DNA from: Chiloscyllium plagiosum
Lineage: Eukaryota
Direction of reading: 5' to 3'
Assembly (NCBI RefSeq): GCF_004010195.1
Contig: NC_057718.1
Coordinates: forward strand, 79,551,721-79,601,025
DNA: 49,305 nucleotides
Below the pieces are notes generated by a model, which saw only the letters and a list, made by a program, of their open reading frames with translations, had not been told where the DNA came from and searched no databases. Of this stretch, positions 47,969 to 49,305 are shown in pieces (position 1 is the stretch's first letter; each line of letters opens with the position of its first letter). The translations under genes and the position numbers were made by a program.

Positions 47969-49305
47969 GATCTTGGGTACTATCTCCTATCTCCCCCGGA
48001 TCATGACCACAACAGGCCATCGTGCAACAGGCCATTGTGTCCATGACTGTCACAATCCATTCTCATCAGGGGATCTCTCCCGACAGCCTCCAAGCTCATA
48101 GTTCTCCAACACCACTTCTTCTTTCTCCGCAAAATCCACAAATAGGACTGTCCAGGCAGACCCACTGTTTTTGTCTGTTCCTCTCCCATCGAACTTCCAA
48201 CCTCAATTGTTTTCTTCTCGCCTTGTCCAGTCCCTCCCCACTTATATCTGTGATTCTCCTGGTGCTTTACATCAGTTTCAAAATTTCCAGTTTGTCAGCA
48301 GCAGCCACATCATGTAATCTCTTTACACGTTCATACCCCATTAGAATGGTCTCAGGGCCCTCCACCTCTTCCAGGAAAGAAGGCCTGAACCCTTCCATCT
48401 ACCACTACTCTCCTCCATTTGGCCGAAGTCATCTTCACTTTGAGCAACTTTCCCTTTAATTCTTCTCACTCTCTTCAGGTCAAAGGTGTGGCCAAGGGTC
48501 TCGGATATGTGTGTCGCCTTGTGGGGTATGTCAGACATTCCTTGTTTAATCTTTTTGGGGCTCCCACTCCACAACTCTTTCTCTGGTACATCAGTGACAC
48601 CATTAGTGTTGTTTCATTCTCTCGTTCTGAACTGGAAAAATTTATCAAATCTGCTTACAATTTCCACACTGCTCTTGCTTTCATGTGGTCCATCTCTGAC
48701 TCTTCCCTTCCCTTTTTTTGATGTCTCTGTTTCCATTTCTGGGGTAGGCTGGCCACCAAAAACCATCACAAACCCACTGACTCCCACAGTTACTTCGACG
48801 ATACATTCTCACACCTTGCTTCCTGTAAGGATTCCAAAACAATTATTTCTCCACCTCTATTGCATCTGTTTCTAATGATGCCATATTCCACAGTGGGGAG
48901 TTTCAGAAATGTCCATGTTTTTCCTAAACCAAGGATTCCCCACTACTATGGTCGACAGGGCCTTAGCCATGTTTAAGCCATCTCCCACACTTCGGCACCA
49001 ACATCTTCCCTGCCCTCCCACAACAATGATAATGAGTACCTTTTCCTCACTTAGCATTCCACCAAACTCCACATCCAAAGAATTGTCAGCCATCATTTCT
49101 GCCACCTCCAATGTGATACCACCACCAGAGAAACACTCCTCTTTCCTCCCTTATCAGCATTCCACAGCAGTCATTCCTTCCAGGACACTCTGGTCCATTC
49201 GTCCTCCATTCCTAACAGCTCCTCGCACCCCACAGTATTTTCCTATATAATGGGAGGACGATTCTGTATTTCTCAAGTCAAGCATCACCACCACCCCGCC
49301 CCCCC

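Larger units (their letters stand above)
47400..49250 (+). mobile_element. Decayed Penelope-like element (RT region)
   Basis: Frameshifted LSPLELTA..DLRSN...PA, (L)RKIHK..CPGRP, VIFTLSNFPFNSSHSLQVKGVA, LFLWYISD (decayed YIDD), MSMFFLNQGFP..VDRAL. Confidence 0.8.

Overview
AT-rich, repeat-dense vertebrate DNA. The repeat complement (tRNA-headed V-domain SINEs of the HE1 type, CR1-clade LINE tails, DeuSINE relics) points to a cartilaginous fish, probably a shark; this is inference, no search was run. No intact protein-coding gene is recognisable, and the window reads as intronic or intergenic. It holds a near-complete but broken Penelope-like element (RT + GIY-YIG, 8.2-11.2 kb, minus) and a second decayed one (47.4-49.3 kb). 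It also holds a decayed Gmr1-like Ty3/gypsy element with integrase upstream of RT, a second gypsy relic, Harbinger transposase and Myb/SANT relics, several LINEs, about 10 SINEs, solo LTRs and one good candidate host exon (42500-42586). The most striking signal is a set of about 10 short Penelope pseudo-LTR-type mini-elements from roughly four sequence families. Most carry a minimal type I hammerhead ribozyme motif (CUGANGA-A-stem II-GAAA-palindromic stem III-UH). They often sit as head-to-head inverted pairs with 9-15 bp target-site duplications, and one has also copied 27 nt of its own target DNA in inverted orientation. Hammerheads in Penelope-like elements are already known in general; activity and novelty here are untested. 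Coordinates of decayed repeats are approximate.
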